In this document: piece after piece, positions 1 through 12,964 of the stretch
Position numbering within the stretch: the stretch's first letter is position 1
How the letters are laid out: every line of letters starts with the position of its first letter
Assembly: GCA_043228905.1 (NCBI GenBank)
Contig: JBHGNT010000002.1
Span: 13,826,001 to 13,890,000, forward strand
DNA: 64,000 nt
From: Azolla caroliniana
Lineage: Eukaryota; Plantae; Polypodiophyta
Reading direction: 5' to 3'
Notes under the pieces: generated by a model
Database searches by the model: none
What the model was told of the DNA's origin: nothing
Seen by the model: the letters and a program-made list of their open reading frames with translations, nothing else
Program-made: the position numbers and the translations under genes

Positions 1-103
1 CCTTCTAATCAATCATTAGTCCCCTTTTTAACATTAGTGAACATACCCTTCACTAATGTAAATATTGGTGACCTACCCTCACCAACGTGATGTGGACATA
101 ACA

Positions 104-1585
104 TAACCCCTGATAGAGGATGCTACTCAACATACAAGGCCGGAGATCACGGATATGTGAAGATGGAAAATGACGATGCATGCAAAATAGTCGGAATCAG
201 AGATTTACATTTGCTAACATTGACAAGCTACAGAATGGTGCTTAAAGAAGTACGCTATGTTTTGGATATCAGGTTGAATTTGATATCGACTAGACGGCTC
301 GATGAAGAAGGCTACAGTGGTACCTTCTGGATTAGAACGTGGAAATTTTGCAAGGGAAGCCTAATTGTGGCCCGTGCCCGAAAGAGGAGTACTCTATATG
401 TATTGCATGCATGTTTGAATTGGGACCAAGTAAATGCGGCAATCGACACAGTGGGAGAGCTGTGGCATAAAAGGCTGTGTCACATGAGCCAAACAGGAAT
501 GCAGATGCTAGCAGAATAAGAACTCCTACCGGAGATGAAGAAAGTGCATTTGGACAAATGTCCTGACTGCGTGGCTGGAAAATAGAATAGGCCGCCTTTC
601 GCCCTAGATCTCTGATGAGAAGAAAGTACGCTCTCAAACTTGTGCATACGGACGTATGCCAAGTTGATGCAAAGTCACATGTCGGTGGACAATATTTTGT
701 GACCTTCATAGATGACTACAACCGAAAGCTGTGGGTTTCCACACTGAAGACAAAGGACCGGGTGTTGTCCGTCTTCAAAGAATTCCAGGCAAGAGTAGAG
801 AGAGAATTTGGTCAAAAGCTGAAGGCCATCCGGACAAACAATGGAGGAGAATACCGAGGGTAGTTCGAGGAATACTGCCGGTCTCAAGGAATCCAACTAG
901 AAGACACTGTGCCGAAGACTCTTGAGCTAAACGGTATGGCTGAAAGGAGGAATCAGACTGTGATGGAGAGAGTCCGATGCATGCTAGTACACGCAAAATT
1001 ATTGAAGCCCTACTGGGTTGAGGCTTTGAAGATGGCTGTTCATGTGATAAACAGGTCTCCCTTAGTTCCATTAGAAGGTGATATCCCACAGAGGGTGTGG
1101 ATGGGGAAAGACATGTGATACTGACATCTGAGGGTGTTCAGTTGCCTAGCATATGTACACATTGCCAAGGACCAAAGAGGAAAATTAGATCCGAAGAGTA
1201 GGCCATGTGTCTTCTTGGGATATAGAGAGGACGAATTCGACTATCGGCTTTGGAACCTGATTGACAAGAAGGTCATTTGGAGCCAGGACATAGTCTTCAT
1301 GGAGGAAAAGAGTATTGCTGACTAGGAGAAAGAGAAGTCGGATACATCCTCCTGACCAGTTGGAAGACGAACCCCAATTGAAGAACAAGGGGAGTCGACC
1401 GAATTTGCATCAACAATCGAATCGGTTGGAGGCCATTCGAGAGTCGGATATGAACCAGTTGGCTAAGGAGATAATGAACAAAGTTAAGACCCGACTGAGG
1501 AACAACGGGAACTGGTCAAAATAAGACCATCGGCCGAATGTGGATCTAAATCAGACTAAGATGAAGAGCCGACAGAGGAAATCTA
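104..1585 (+). pseudogene. Degenerate Ty1/copia (Tnt1/Tork-like) pol fragment: protease end, GAG-pre-integrase, integrase
   Basis: Broken ORFs contain LWHKRLCHMS, LVHTDVC, YFVTFIDDY, NGMAERRNQT and KLDPKSRPCVFLGY. They are collinear with the 18717-22790 polyprotein and carry many stops. Confidence 0.9.
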
Positions 1586-2047
1586 TGAAGAGTTACATGG
1601 GGAACCTCGTAGACACAACCGGCCCAACCAGATAACAACAAACAATATATGGAGGTTTAATGGAAAGCTTGGAAATGCACAAAGAGTACGCGAGAGAGAC
1701 AGAGAGAGTAGAACACAAAATGTCTATTTCAAAAATAACACACAATACTTTGTACATACAAATGTGCTAGAGAGCATTATTTATACAAGTCCTTAAAAGG
1801 ACTGATAGAAGTACAAACAAGTACCTCAATGCTCATAACTAAGGTATGACACAAACTCCCAAAAATATGCCTATCTATTTGGCTAGGATCGTAGGCCTCT
1901 AATGGCCTACCGGTTACACATAGATCCGGACACCGATCCAGTTCTCTCCGATCCGTCTCGCTGTTCCGGATACCAATCCATCTTCATACGATCCGGCTCT
2001 CGACTTGTTCAGCCGATCTGGCCCACATTGAGCTTGCTCACTCAACA
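1586..2047 (-). repeat. 3' LTR of a minus-strand copia element (element A)
   Basis: On the minus strand a PPT (GAGGGGGGG, 2048-2056) is followed directly by TGTTGAG at 2047. TATAAATA lies at ~1778-1785 (minus). The likely CA end is at 1586, where copia coding sequence resumes; this left boundary is inferred. Confidence 0.7.
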
Positions 2048-2997
2048 CCCCCCCTCAAGCTCAACTTGAGGTTGGTTCGTTGTGTCAGCATCCACCAGTC
2101 CTTGTCTCTGGCTTCTCCTGGTGTCTTCACGCCTTGCTTGCACTCCTCGACCTGTCCAATTCCACGCAATTCGACCTTCTCGGTTGGCTTGTCTACTCAT
2201 AAGGTCCATCTCAGCTCCTTCGTTGCTATGACTTTGGCGCTTCTCGACCCGTCGGCTCCTCCTTGTCGGCATCGACTTTCGCCGCCTTCTAGTCCGTTTA
2301 GCCTTTAAGTAATTCGGCTCCTCCGAATCGAACTGTTCAAACGAATCGGAGGCATCCGATTCGTTCCCAGTCTTGTCCAAATTGGTTGTCTCCAAGTCGT
2401 CCTCAATCTTCAGGCCCTTCACCACATCAAACCATGTCCTGTGTTGGCCTTCATTTTCTGGTTGGCTCTGTCCTTCTTGACTCTGCCGCCATTGCCCTCA
2501 CTTGTTCTGATATTATTAGATGTGCTGACTTCTTCAGTCGACTCGGCTCCCTCTTTCTCCTTGTCTCCCCTTGTTTCACTTTCATTCTCCTTCTCTTTGG
2601 CTATGCCTTTATCTATTCTCCTAGTTCCTGTTTTGGTTCTCCCCGTCAAGTGCGGCACGTCGAGATGTGGTAGTCCGAGCATCTCCGAAAAGTGCTGTAA
2701 CATGTTTGATCCGAGTGGCTTGGTGAAGATGTCGGCAACTTGCCGATCAGTTTGAACATACCGGAGTTTGACTTCACCGCTCAAGACTCGCTCGCGCACA
2801 TAGTGATAATGCACCTCGACACGGGGATCTTAGCAAGCTGCATGCTACTTATGTTGTCATAGTAGATCGGGATCGGAGTCGGCACTTTGATCTAGAGGTT
2901 TAGCAGCATCCACCGAAACCAAATGGCTTCACAGGTCATGATGGTAGCTCTACGGTACTCAGCCTCAATGGTCGATAGAGCCACTATCGCCTGTTTC
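2048..2997 (-). pseudogene. Copia (family C) RNase H end, charged C-terminal extension and PPT
   Basis: Motifs KQAIVALST and HYHYVRERV...QVADIFTKPLG. The extension is homologous to 27923-28441. Truncated at ~2997. Confidence 0.85.
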
Positions 2998-5130
2998 GCC
3001 AAAATCATCTAGTAGCTGTGCGAGTTCCTCAGAATGTTGGTCCGCTAGCATGCGATAGTCCTGCGCTAGGTCCTCACGTATTGCCGCAATGCTTTCCTCA
3101 TTGAGTTTGTAGAACCCTCAACCTTCTTTCCTTCGGTTCTCCCAGTTCGCTCGATACGTATGCAATTCCGCCGCTTGTGCAGCCCACGCCATCCATCCTT
3201 TGTCTAGCACCGTTTTTAGTTGCGCCGTAAACCTCTCCCAATTTGTTTGCAGAAGGATTCACACGTTGTCTGTTATGGCTTGGCAACGGTTGCGTGCTTC
3301 TTCTACAGATTTCCTGAGGTTTGCAATTTCTTGCTGATTAACTGCCGCCACTTCCTCATACGTGCTGCTCCTCATTCCTGCCCAAAGCTGGGATTCCTTC
3401 GCATGTAGTTCCAGTTTTCCCATTTCATTGTTCAGGCGGATTTCGAGTTGATGCCTTCTCCCTGTTCTCCCACCAGCTACTCGTCAAACCATGCTTTCTT
3501 CTTCTCCAATAAGGCCCAGAGTCCCGCGATTGGCACTTCCAATTTTTTCGCTTCCTCCCGTAATTGGGCATTTTCTTCTTTCGTCCGGGTGTGCTGTGCT
3601 GTCTCCGCCACGAGTTTCTCTTCAAGGGTCTTCACTGCCTTTTGGCCGTTGGGCCGGATGTCCTTTTCTCTGTTCGAGGACTGGCGAAGTTCAGCGCGGA
3701 GGCGGTCAATCTCTGATTTTGCTAGTTGCACGACCCGTTTTGCTTTTGAGGCAATGGCGGTCTGAGCTTCAATCTCTTCTCTCAGGGCTTCGACGGCGTT
3801 GGTTGTTGGTGGAGTTGCTTGTTACGCCGTAGTCGCGTTATTTTCCAACTCCGTGATGCGTTCATTGGCCTTTTGTTGCTTAGCTTGGGTCAGTTTAACC
3901 TTTTTCCAGACATTTTTTCTTTTAATCACCATATCCATGGCGCCCATACTAACCTTTGCCAGTTCTCTATGAACTTCGACAAGGGCCGCGTTCAATGGGG
4001 GTAGTTCCATCCCCATTCGGCGTATACCGTCGTTCCTCTACCTGCCGACTCTGGCTAACTGATCCTCATCGTCGCTTTCCACGGTTTGTGTTAATGCACG
4101 CTCGATCATTTGGCGCTCCGCGTGCTCCTCGGCCATTCGTTGTGAGACTTTTATCTGTTGCGTTGCCAAGAATTCAATGAGTTCAAAAGAGGTTCCGAAC
4201 TATAATACTGCGCCGAACTCATGAGCCGTGTCCAGAATGTCTGGATACGCCAGGACCTCACTTTCCGTCGTCAATACAGCTTTTCCCCGCTGTGACTGGG
4301 TCGTAATGATCGGCCGTGGTTCCCGGATTACTTCGAAGGTGGTGTTGGGCTCTGTAGCTGCGAAGCTGTCACCCACGATCGTTGTCTCCGTGGCCGCGAG
4401 TGCATTTTTAACTAACCCTTGCCCATCTTTCCTATCCAGTCTCCGCCTTTTCGGCCTCAGGCTTTCTTGTCATGGTTCGGCTTCCGGCTCTAGTGCCGCT
4501 TCCTCGGTGCGCGCAACCTGCTCTTCCTGTGTTGTTCGTGTGTTCGGCTAGGCGGGATGGGGTTCCTCCTCCCATTCTATGGTGGCTAACTCCGCTAATC
4601 TTCGCTTTGCGGATCGAGGCGGCGACGTGGGCTTGCTGGGTTGCGGTGCCGACAGACCTCGGGGTGGGAATAGTATCGCCAGGTACTGTTGTAAGATAGG
4701 CCTGAGCGTTTTGCCTCCTTGATATGCATGCAGGCCTTCCCTTAACGTCGGCGTAATGACCCCCCAATCGACTGTACGCCCTTCAAAGGTATCAATGATG
4801 ATACCTGCCTTCTGCTTGGGCATCCCATATGCGTTTACATGTACACATCTGACCTCTAATAGGAACTTGGCGATTTCGCGGAAAAAGGAATCCGGGATCT
4901 CCTTCGTTCTATATGCCTTGGCAGATGACGAATATGGACCGAAATATCTCTACAGGGACTTCGCATGAGGGATTTCGAAATGCCTTTCACCCAGTGATGA
5001 CAGGTCCAACTTTTTCCGGATGGATGAGTTGGTGACCATGTCGATGTTGAGCTTTCTAGCGATGTCCAGTGCATTAGGGTGTGGAGGTGCCTCAACGACC
5101 CTGATGTACCCATCCAAGCGTTTCTCAACG
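2998..5130 (-). pseudogene. Degenerate 3' extra ORF of Gypsy-1, homolog of 49050-51719
   Basis: MPKQKAGIIIDTFEGRTVDWGVI aligns with MPKNRAGMIIATYEGIKVDWPVL. Coiled-coil segments follow. IREDLAQDYRMLADQ aligns with IRDELAEDFQALAED. Confidence 0.8.
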
Positions 5131-5516
5131 AGCCATCAACGCAAGGTGGTAGAGATGAATATCAGCATAGTCGGAATAGGCTTGTGGCTAGTGGGTGAAG
5201 ACTGTTGGTTGCGGTAGGCTTGAGCTTTGTGATAGGATGGAGAAGAGGGTAATTAAGGGGAGCGATGAGAGCGCTGAGACTTAGAAGGTTGATTTTTGTA
5301 TTGTGCAGAAAACCTTCTATTTCCTTCTTTTTGTGGCCTAGGGTTCATTGGTCGGTGAGCCATCGTGGTTCCGCGTGTTCTTGGTCTAGAAGTCTGTGCA
5401 TGCCTTAAGTCCTTGTAATAGTGTTGTTATCTTCTCTTTTCTTTTCTTTCTTCTTTTTTTCGTAATGGTTACATACAAGACTATTTTTACACTATAATCC
5501 AAGTGAGGCCGTCTAC

Positions 5517-8500
5517 TTACTCCGCGGATTCTCCGACTTTGTCATGTCCGGCGGGGAACGGGTTAGGTGGCATAAGTCCTAGATAAGGTTTAAGGCGAAA
5601 CCCATTCACTTTCTGTCGTAACACTTCCCCGGCCAGCATGCCCAGTTGAAACGTGCTTTGTTCTACTCCTACTATCCAGTACGGGCCTGTCCAGCAGAAT
5701 TGTAATTTTCTTGGCATATGCCCCATGCAGGTTTGGAAAACTAATACCGCTTTCCCAACCATAAATGCTTTATGCCGCCGTTGTTCCTGCTCTAATATGG
5801 CCATATTGCGTACCCTTGTTTCTCCTTGCTCTAGTAGTCTCTGTAGACATATTTGTGCGGATTTGCCCTCTGGTAGCCGGGCTCGTATTTGAATCCGTAG
5901 ACTGGGTACCTGGAATTCAATTGGCATCACGGCCTCCAGACCAAATGCCAGCCTGAACGGTGTTGATTGTATGCTGCTCTTATAGCTGGTACAGTATGCC
6001 CATAACGCGCTATGCAACTTGGTGTCCCAATCTGTCCTGTTCTCATTGGCTATCTTTTTTAGGATAGTTTGGAGGGTTTTGTTCGTGGATTCCGCCAAGC
6101 CATTTGCATGTGGGTAATACGATGTACTTTTCTTGTGCACCACCGCGTAATGTTGGGTCCGTTCGCTGATGACCATATTCAGAAAGTGACTCCCTTGGTC
6201 ACTAATGAGCTCGATAGGGCAGCCAAAACGGCACCAGATGTGTTCGTAAAGGAATTTCGCCGTGACTGCCGCCGTATTCTCACGTAGTGGTTTCGCTTCT
6301 ACCCACTTGGTGCAGTAATCCGTAGCCACTAGGATGTACTTATTGCCTGTTCGAGCGGCCGCCGGGGTAAAAGGTCCCACGAAATCTAACCCCCACTTTT
6401 GGACAGGATCTAGTGGCAACACTGGTTGATGTGGCATTCTTGCGACTTCTGTGGACTGGCCCAGTCGTTGGTATAAATCACACTGTCTGCAATATTCATA
6501 CACATCCTTTTGCGTCGTCGGCCACCACAATCCTGCTTGCCAAATTTTCCGGGCCATAACATCGCCCGCGTAATGTCCTCCCGCCGTACCACAATGGGCT
6601 TCGCGTAGAACCGCACCGCGGCTTTCTCATCCTGCCATATTCCGTGCCTCCAGATGTCGTCACTGCCCTTGTGGTATAGTATGTTTTCCACTAAACAAAA
6701 CTTTCGACTCCGGACGGCCAACCGTTTTTTCTCATCCGTCCGTAATTGGGGTGGCGGTAACCCCGTGGTCAGGAAGTAGGTCATTTCCATGAGCCACCGA
6801 TCCGAGAAGGTCTTTTCCGTTCATTTTGCTAGTGTTGCTACCCGCAGAATGTCTGCATCCGGAAAGTCGTCGTCATCCCTTTGCGCCGTTTCTCCATTAT
6901 CGAGTCTGCTCAAAAAATATGCCACTGCGTGTTGCGTACCCGGGCGATGCTGAATTACAAAGTCGAATTCTTGAAGCAACAACATCCATCTCACCAATTT
7001 CCCCGTCAACGCTTGTTTCTCTACCAGACATAGCAATGCTGAATTTCCGCCCTAGCAAATAATGCCGGAACTTATTGATGGTGTAGATCATCCCCAACAC
7101 CTCACGTTCCATTGTGGAATAGTTACGCTCAACCGTTGATAATTTCCGACTAGCGTAGTACACCAGCCGGTACCAATTCGGCTCTGTGAGCTGCATTAGC
7201 GCACTACCTATTGTTATGTCCGAGGCATCTACGAACACGTGGAATGGCTTCGCCCAAACTGGTGGCTGTACGACGAGTGTCTATGTTAGCATTACCTTTA
7301 GCGCATCATATGCCTTTTCTTCCATAGCTGTCCATTGGAAGGGAGTCTGATGAACGGCGACATGTAACAGCGTGGCGAAGTCCGCCAAATAGCGTATCAT
7401 CTGACTGTGCCATCGTATTTGTCCTAAAAAACGGCCGAGTGATTTCGCGTTTGTCAGCGTTTTCGCTTGGGTAATCGCGAAGATTTTATTCAAATCAACC
7501 GCTATCCCTTCCTTGCTGACTATATGGCCAAGGAGAGCCCCGCTAGTAACGCCGAAGGCACATTTGGCGGGATTCAGGCTTAAGCGTGCGGTGTGGCAAC
7601 GTTCCAGGCACAATTGCAGATGTGTAAAATGGTCGGTTGTTCTCCCATATACCGCAAAATCGCCTAAAAAAACTTGCATGAAGGCCCGAATATATTCCCC
7701 GTGATTGTCCGTTGAAATGTCGTCGGCGCCGTCTTTAGCCCGAACATCATGACAACTGCAACATAGACCCCAGTCCGTGACAAACGCCGTCTTCTCTTGG
7801 TCGTCGAGGTGCATGCGTACTTGGTTGTACCCATTGAAGCCATCTAAAAAACTGTACATGTCATGCTCGCGACGATGTCCAGTACGCTATCGGTGAAAGG
7901 TAAAGGGAATGCGTCCATAATGGTTACGACTTTTAATTTTCGGTACTCCACGCATGCCCGTTTTTTGTCATTTTTCTTTGGTACGACTACGATCAGGCTT
8001 AACCATGTAGCTTGTTTAACTGGTTGTATGAATCCCGCCTTGTCAATTTCTTCTTTTACGTGGGCCGCGTAGTTTGGGTTCATGCGGCATCGACGCTGCT
8101 GGACTGGTTTCGCGTTGGTTGCTAAATTGATCTTATGTTGATAGAACTTTGGATCTAACCCCTTCATGTCCTCGTGGGACCAGGCGAACACATCTTAATA
8201 CTTCTTGAGTAGTGCTATCATCGCGTCTCTCTGGTCCGACATTAATTCTTTTGCGATGGAGAGGAAACGAGGTTCTGACGCCGCACCCACATTTACTTCT
8301 TCGAGGGCTGAGGCGGTGAGTCGCCGTGAAATTTCCATTTCCCTCTCGAACGCTGCCTGTGCTCTGCTTAGTTCTAATATTGACTCCGGGTTTGGTTCAT
8401 AAGGCTCGTCGTGGAGTGTAGCGGGCGTGGCATATTCCGCCACGGTTTCGATGACGTCAATTTCGAACAGCGGAATAATCCGAGGCTGCTCATCTAGGTA

Positions 8501-10545
8501 TGCCTCTAATTCCGTATCATCCACCCTAGCCAACATATTTATATCCTCCACGTACAATGGTGTTATGCCCTTGAGTTGTGTCACATTTTCCTCTGTTGGT
8601 ACGCGGACCTTGGTGCGTCCGCGTCAAAAGCTTATACACTTGTGTTGCCAGCTCTGCTTGATATTCGCTGAACGAAGCCACGGTCTTCCCAACAACATAG
8701 GATACGCCCCTGGGGCGTCAAGGGCGAGGACTACCGCCGAGATGTCGAAGCGATGTCCTCCCACAATAATGCCTACCTTGCGTATCAACCCCAATGGTCG
8801 TATTGAGCAGGTATCCGCCATGCGGAGCCAGAACGGGGAAGCTTCCCATTATCAAATTCCCAATTGTTCGCATGCCTTCGCGCTAATTACATTAACGCCC
8901 GAGCCGCCATCAATTACGCATCCTGGGATTTCCTGACCGTGTAATATCAACTTAATAGCTGAGTTGTGGTGATCCACTATTGTCGGTCCATCGCTAATGT
9001 CCGTAAAATTCGTGGCGACGCTTACCCCAGGTCTGCCCGTCACCCGCTCTTCCATGGCCTGGCGGAATCGTGGGACTGGTTGCAGTAGCTTCTCAATGGT
9101 TAACGTTATCTCGCATCCTGTCAGTGCTTGCCATATGGGGTCCGGGGATGGTCCCTCGTCCTCCAATAGCTCCACCGTGTTTGCGGACTCCTTCCGCATG
9201 CGCTCCGTATTTGTCTTTTTCAACCCGTGCCTAGGCTGTCCGCCGTATCTCATCTTGCGCGGCCCAATCAACAGTTTTTGTTTGCTGACATGTCGTGACT
9301 TGCTATACTTCCGCCGTAATCCTATTGACGGCGGGCCCCTTGCCCTTGCGTACTAGGCATTGTGTGGCATAATGTCCGGGATGTTGACAAACAAAACAAT
9401 GGATGCTAGATTCACCCTTCTCGACCCCTGGTGGTGTGTGCCGATCCCCAGGTGTGACTTGCTCCTCCTGGTCCTGATTTGTTCGTCGGAGCGTGCGCGG
9501 TGGTTTTTGTTGCTCCCGGCATGGTTCTTGGTGCCAGTCATCGTCCAAACTTTCATTGTACCGCCGTTGGTCCCGATATTGTTGATGTTTTCTGCGAGGC
9601 CCATTGAAGCCGCCACGTTTGTTTGTCGAATGGTAATTCTCATAGCGTCGGCCCCCTTTAGTATTTCTGGGGTTGCCACGGTAGTCTTCATCCTCCGGCT
9701 CGTCTTCCTCGGAATCGTTGTGATTCCGGTGATTTTGGTAGTGCCGGTCATCGCGTGCATTGAGATCCATATACCGTGGTCGGTCTTCCTGCCGCCTTTG
9801 TTCATTACGGCGTGGGGGACGTTGTGTGTCCACGCTGCGTACCGTGGGCATGGCTCTGTTCAACATATTGTACTCGCATTGCTCAACTATGTGAGCTTTC
9901 GAGTGACAGATTGGACAGTGGATTCGCATGTTGCATTCAACTACGGAATGCCCCGAATTCAAGCAAATCGTGCACTGGATTGCTTGACGAAAATGTCGTT
10001 CCTTGTCCTGAGGTAACGCTTGTCGTAATGAGGATAGGGAAAACCTTTCCTCTTCTTCATCCAACTCGAACTGTAGCGCTCTTTCTATGACCATATCGGC
10101 CGTTTCCCCTTTCACACGTTGTCCATATGGGTCGACGTAATGCTGCCAGAAATGTCTCCCTAGCCTCGTCCTCCGTCGGGCTTGGTTCTAATTTCCGCCG
10201 TAGATTTTGGAAATGTAAGCTGAAATCCACGACCGTCTCGGTCGGGAACTGTTTAATTGTGTAAAACTGTCCAAGGATTTCGCGTTGCGGCACCCTCCAA
10301 TGAAAAAACCGCAGAAAGGCTAACTGTAGTTGGTCGAAGGTCGTGATTGCTGGCAGATCCATCTGCGAATGCCAAAACGCCGCTCTCCCATCCAAGGTTA
10401 ATCCGAACTCCGTCATTTTGGACTGGTGTGCAACTGCCTCGGAAAGGCTCTGCGCCATGTGGTTTGCGTTCCAGACATTGACGAACAACCGGATGTGGGT
10501 TACGGCGTCGGTTTCGCCGTTGAAGCGGGGATAAGTAAAGGCCAT
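5517..10545 (-). pseudogene. Gypsy-1 gag-pol, fragmented
   Basis: Gag with three CCHC knuckles (9303-10545), then PR, RT, RH and INT fragments (5517-9271), with frameshifts and stops. Confidence 0.9.
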
Positions 10546-10815
10546 GTTGGGTGCTACGACGGGCAGGGAAAGACCACAATGCTTTTGTGGTGAGCGCGCT
10601 TCCCGCGTATCGCCGAGGTATTTGGATAGCAAGAAATCGTCTTTGTGGTCTTGACAGGTAGTATTGAGGTTACTGAGGTGAGGTTTTTGCCGTGCGCATT
10701 CCTCTGCCTGGCATGTGATGAACCTTGTGATTGGCCGGTCTTGTTGTGTTGGTTCTCTGGGGCGTTTGCGGCTAAATATCCATTCGTCATTGTTCATTTG
10801 TGAGAAGACACAGAT

Positions 10816-10829
10816 CACCAAGCGTGCCA
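10816..10829 (-). promoter_or_regulatory. Primer binding site, tRNA-Arg(UCU)-like
   Basis: TGGCACGCTTGGTG lies 4 nt after the LTR end. It resembles the Tat-type PBS TGGCACGCCCGGTG with two G:U wobbles (tRNA identity recalled). Confidence 0.7.
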
Positions 10830-10833
10830 AAAG

Positions 10834-11251
10834 TGTTACCGATTAGGAACACGGTCTATGGTCAGTCCTTCGACCTAGACCTCAAAGTGACTGTGTGACA
10901 ACGAATGGTAGCGTCTGTGTGTAATACTTAGTGGGATACTTCCCGTAACCTAGCAACGTATAAGGGAGACGGCTACAACCGAGCTCCTTAGACAGTGGGC
11001 TAGCACACACATCGTTACTCACGCCTACGCTCCTAAGTTTTACAAACACACAGTAGATTAACCACAGATACACACAAATATCAGAGAAGATAGAACTCTA
11101 TTAAGATACGCCTGTTACATTCAAAATTACACGCTACCTCTATCAGAGGTTTTCTGCCCTTTACCGCGTGAACCGTTTACATGCGTTACAATATTATTCC
11201 TTTCCATATTACTGCACTCTTGTCCGTCGGTTACTATTCCGGAGAACAACA
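10834..11251 (-). repeat. 5' LTR of Gypsy-1 (418 bp)
   Basis: Termini are TGTT...AACA. The PBS abuts one side and an interrupted integrase abuts the other. Length is nearly the same as the 419-bp LTR of the related element. Confidence 0.75.
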
Positions 11252-12964
11252 CTCGCGGTGTACCACAGGAGTCCTTGGGCCGGTCACCGCGGGACTTGGG
11301 CCACATTCGAGAAGCTAAAGGAGAACTATTGGTGGTCGGGACTATACCGAGACGTACGCCATTTCGTGACCACGTGCGAGAGCTGCCAGATGCACCGACA
11401 CGAGCTGGCATCGAGACGAGCTGCACCCAACCTACCCCCCCGATGGGGGATGGTAGATTTGGTGACGATGCCGATGGGGGTAGGACAGATGCGGTACCTG
11501 GTGCTGGCGTGAGAAGACTTGACGAACCAAGTAGAGGGCCGCGCAATGCAGAATAAGACGATTACGGTGGTGTGCCAATTCTTGATTGAGGAGGTGGTGT
11601 GCTTGTACGGGTGCGTGGGGAAGATCGTGGCCGATCGGGGGGAGCTAGACGCGCAGGAAGACGAAGAGTTGTTCGACCGGCTAGGGTGCACTGGTGCGAG
11701 CGTGTGAAGGACATGTCAGGAGTTGGCCACGGCTTCTACCTTACGCGCTGTGGATGGACCAGACTACGCACAGTTCAGTGACCGGGTTCATGCCGATGGA
11801 GTTGATGTACGGGCAAAAAACCGATTCTGTTGGTGGAGCGGACAATCACTTCATGGGCTGCGGTGGGCTGGAGGAACGAAATGAGCCGGGAAGAGCTGTT
11901 GGAGACGCGGATTCGACAGCTTGAATGGATACCAGAGGACGTAGAGCGAGCAAGGGAGAAGCTGCGTGCAGCGCGGGAAAGGAACAAGGGCCGGTTTGAC
12001 CGAACACACCGCCTCCGATCGAAGAAGATTGAAGAAGGCGATTGGGTGCTGGTATACGATAGCAGCCTCGACAATCAGCACAAGGCGGTGCAGAAATTTG
12101 CAAAGAGATGGTTCGGACCTTATACGGTGACAAGCGCCAACGACAACGACACCTAGCACCTCGCGGAACGCTACAGAACGAGAGTAGTTGTGCCGGTGAC
12201 CCAGAGGGCATGGATGGCGAGGATGACCGGTTCGGAACGGGTGACGAACCGGAGAGCGAAAGATAATCGAGGGCCGGTCTTCTCCATCAGAAGTCTATTC
12301 TGGCGCATATCGGAGGATGCGCAATTAGGTGGGGTGGATGTCATGGAGAAAACCGTCCCTAGGAGGAATCGGTGGAGGGTGTGCGTGAACCGGCCCTTAC
12401 ACATGGGCACATCTTTTGATATATTTATATACATAGTTAAGTACAGGTCGGCGACGTAATTATCCTAGGTAGAACTAATTCATTAAGTAGGGAATCGAAG
12501 AGGATCTCTGTCCGAAAAGGCAGAGAATAACAGTGATTGAAGAGTCTGTAAACGACTCTCTCTCCATGTGCTATAAAGGGAGGGGAAAAGGGTCAGAATA
12601 GGGATCGCGCGTTTTGAGAGGACGAAGTGCTGTCGGACTGGGAACCGAGCTCTCCTCCATCGTCGTCGTTTGTGCAGGGATTTTGGGTTAGGTTGGTGGT
12701 CTCTGCTGCGTGAAAGGCCGCGTGATTCCGGTAAAGGCTCCACCACATATTTCAGTGCGTGTGTTCGTCTGTGTAGAGTCTGTCACCGGCTTGCCGGTTG
12801 TAACATTGCAAGCTCTGTAATCTATACTGTTATGAGAATTGATTCTTTCGTTTCTGTCTCTCTGTGTTTCGGCGAATCTCTCTTCCTCTTCTCTCTCGTG
12901 CTCCTCGGTTCAGGGCCCCCGTGGTCCCGCCTTATTTCATACGCATGAGCGTAACAACACGACA
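11252..12964 (+). mobile_element. 3' part of a tRNA-Trp-type (Phygy-like) gypsy: integrase fragment and 3' LTR (12339-12964)
   Basis: WAGHRGTWATF...CESC and KFAKRWFGPY match 42415-45912. A G-rich tract precedes TGTCATG at 12339, and the LTR ends CACGACA at 12964. Confidence 0.8.

Larger units (their letters stand above)
2998..11251 (-). mobile_element. 3'-truncated non-chromovirus (Athila-related) Ty3/gypsy element, Gypsy-1
   Basis: Order on the minus strand: 5' LTR 10834-11251, PBS, gag, protease (VIDGGSGVNVI), RT (YSFLDGFNGYNQ), RNase H (VDASD, YASRKL), integrase (WGLDFVGP, GPY), then remnants of a 3' extra ORF. Collinear with 48579-58432. Confidence 0.9.

Noticed and set aside
1-103. Possible LTR terminus ending CATAACA
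   Set aside because: Truncated by the window edge, with no partner LTR, PBS or PPT to confirm it.
2990-3005. CGCCAAAA resembling a reversed PBS
   Set aside because: No adjacent LTR. It lies at a deletion junction within coding remnants.
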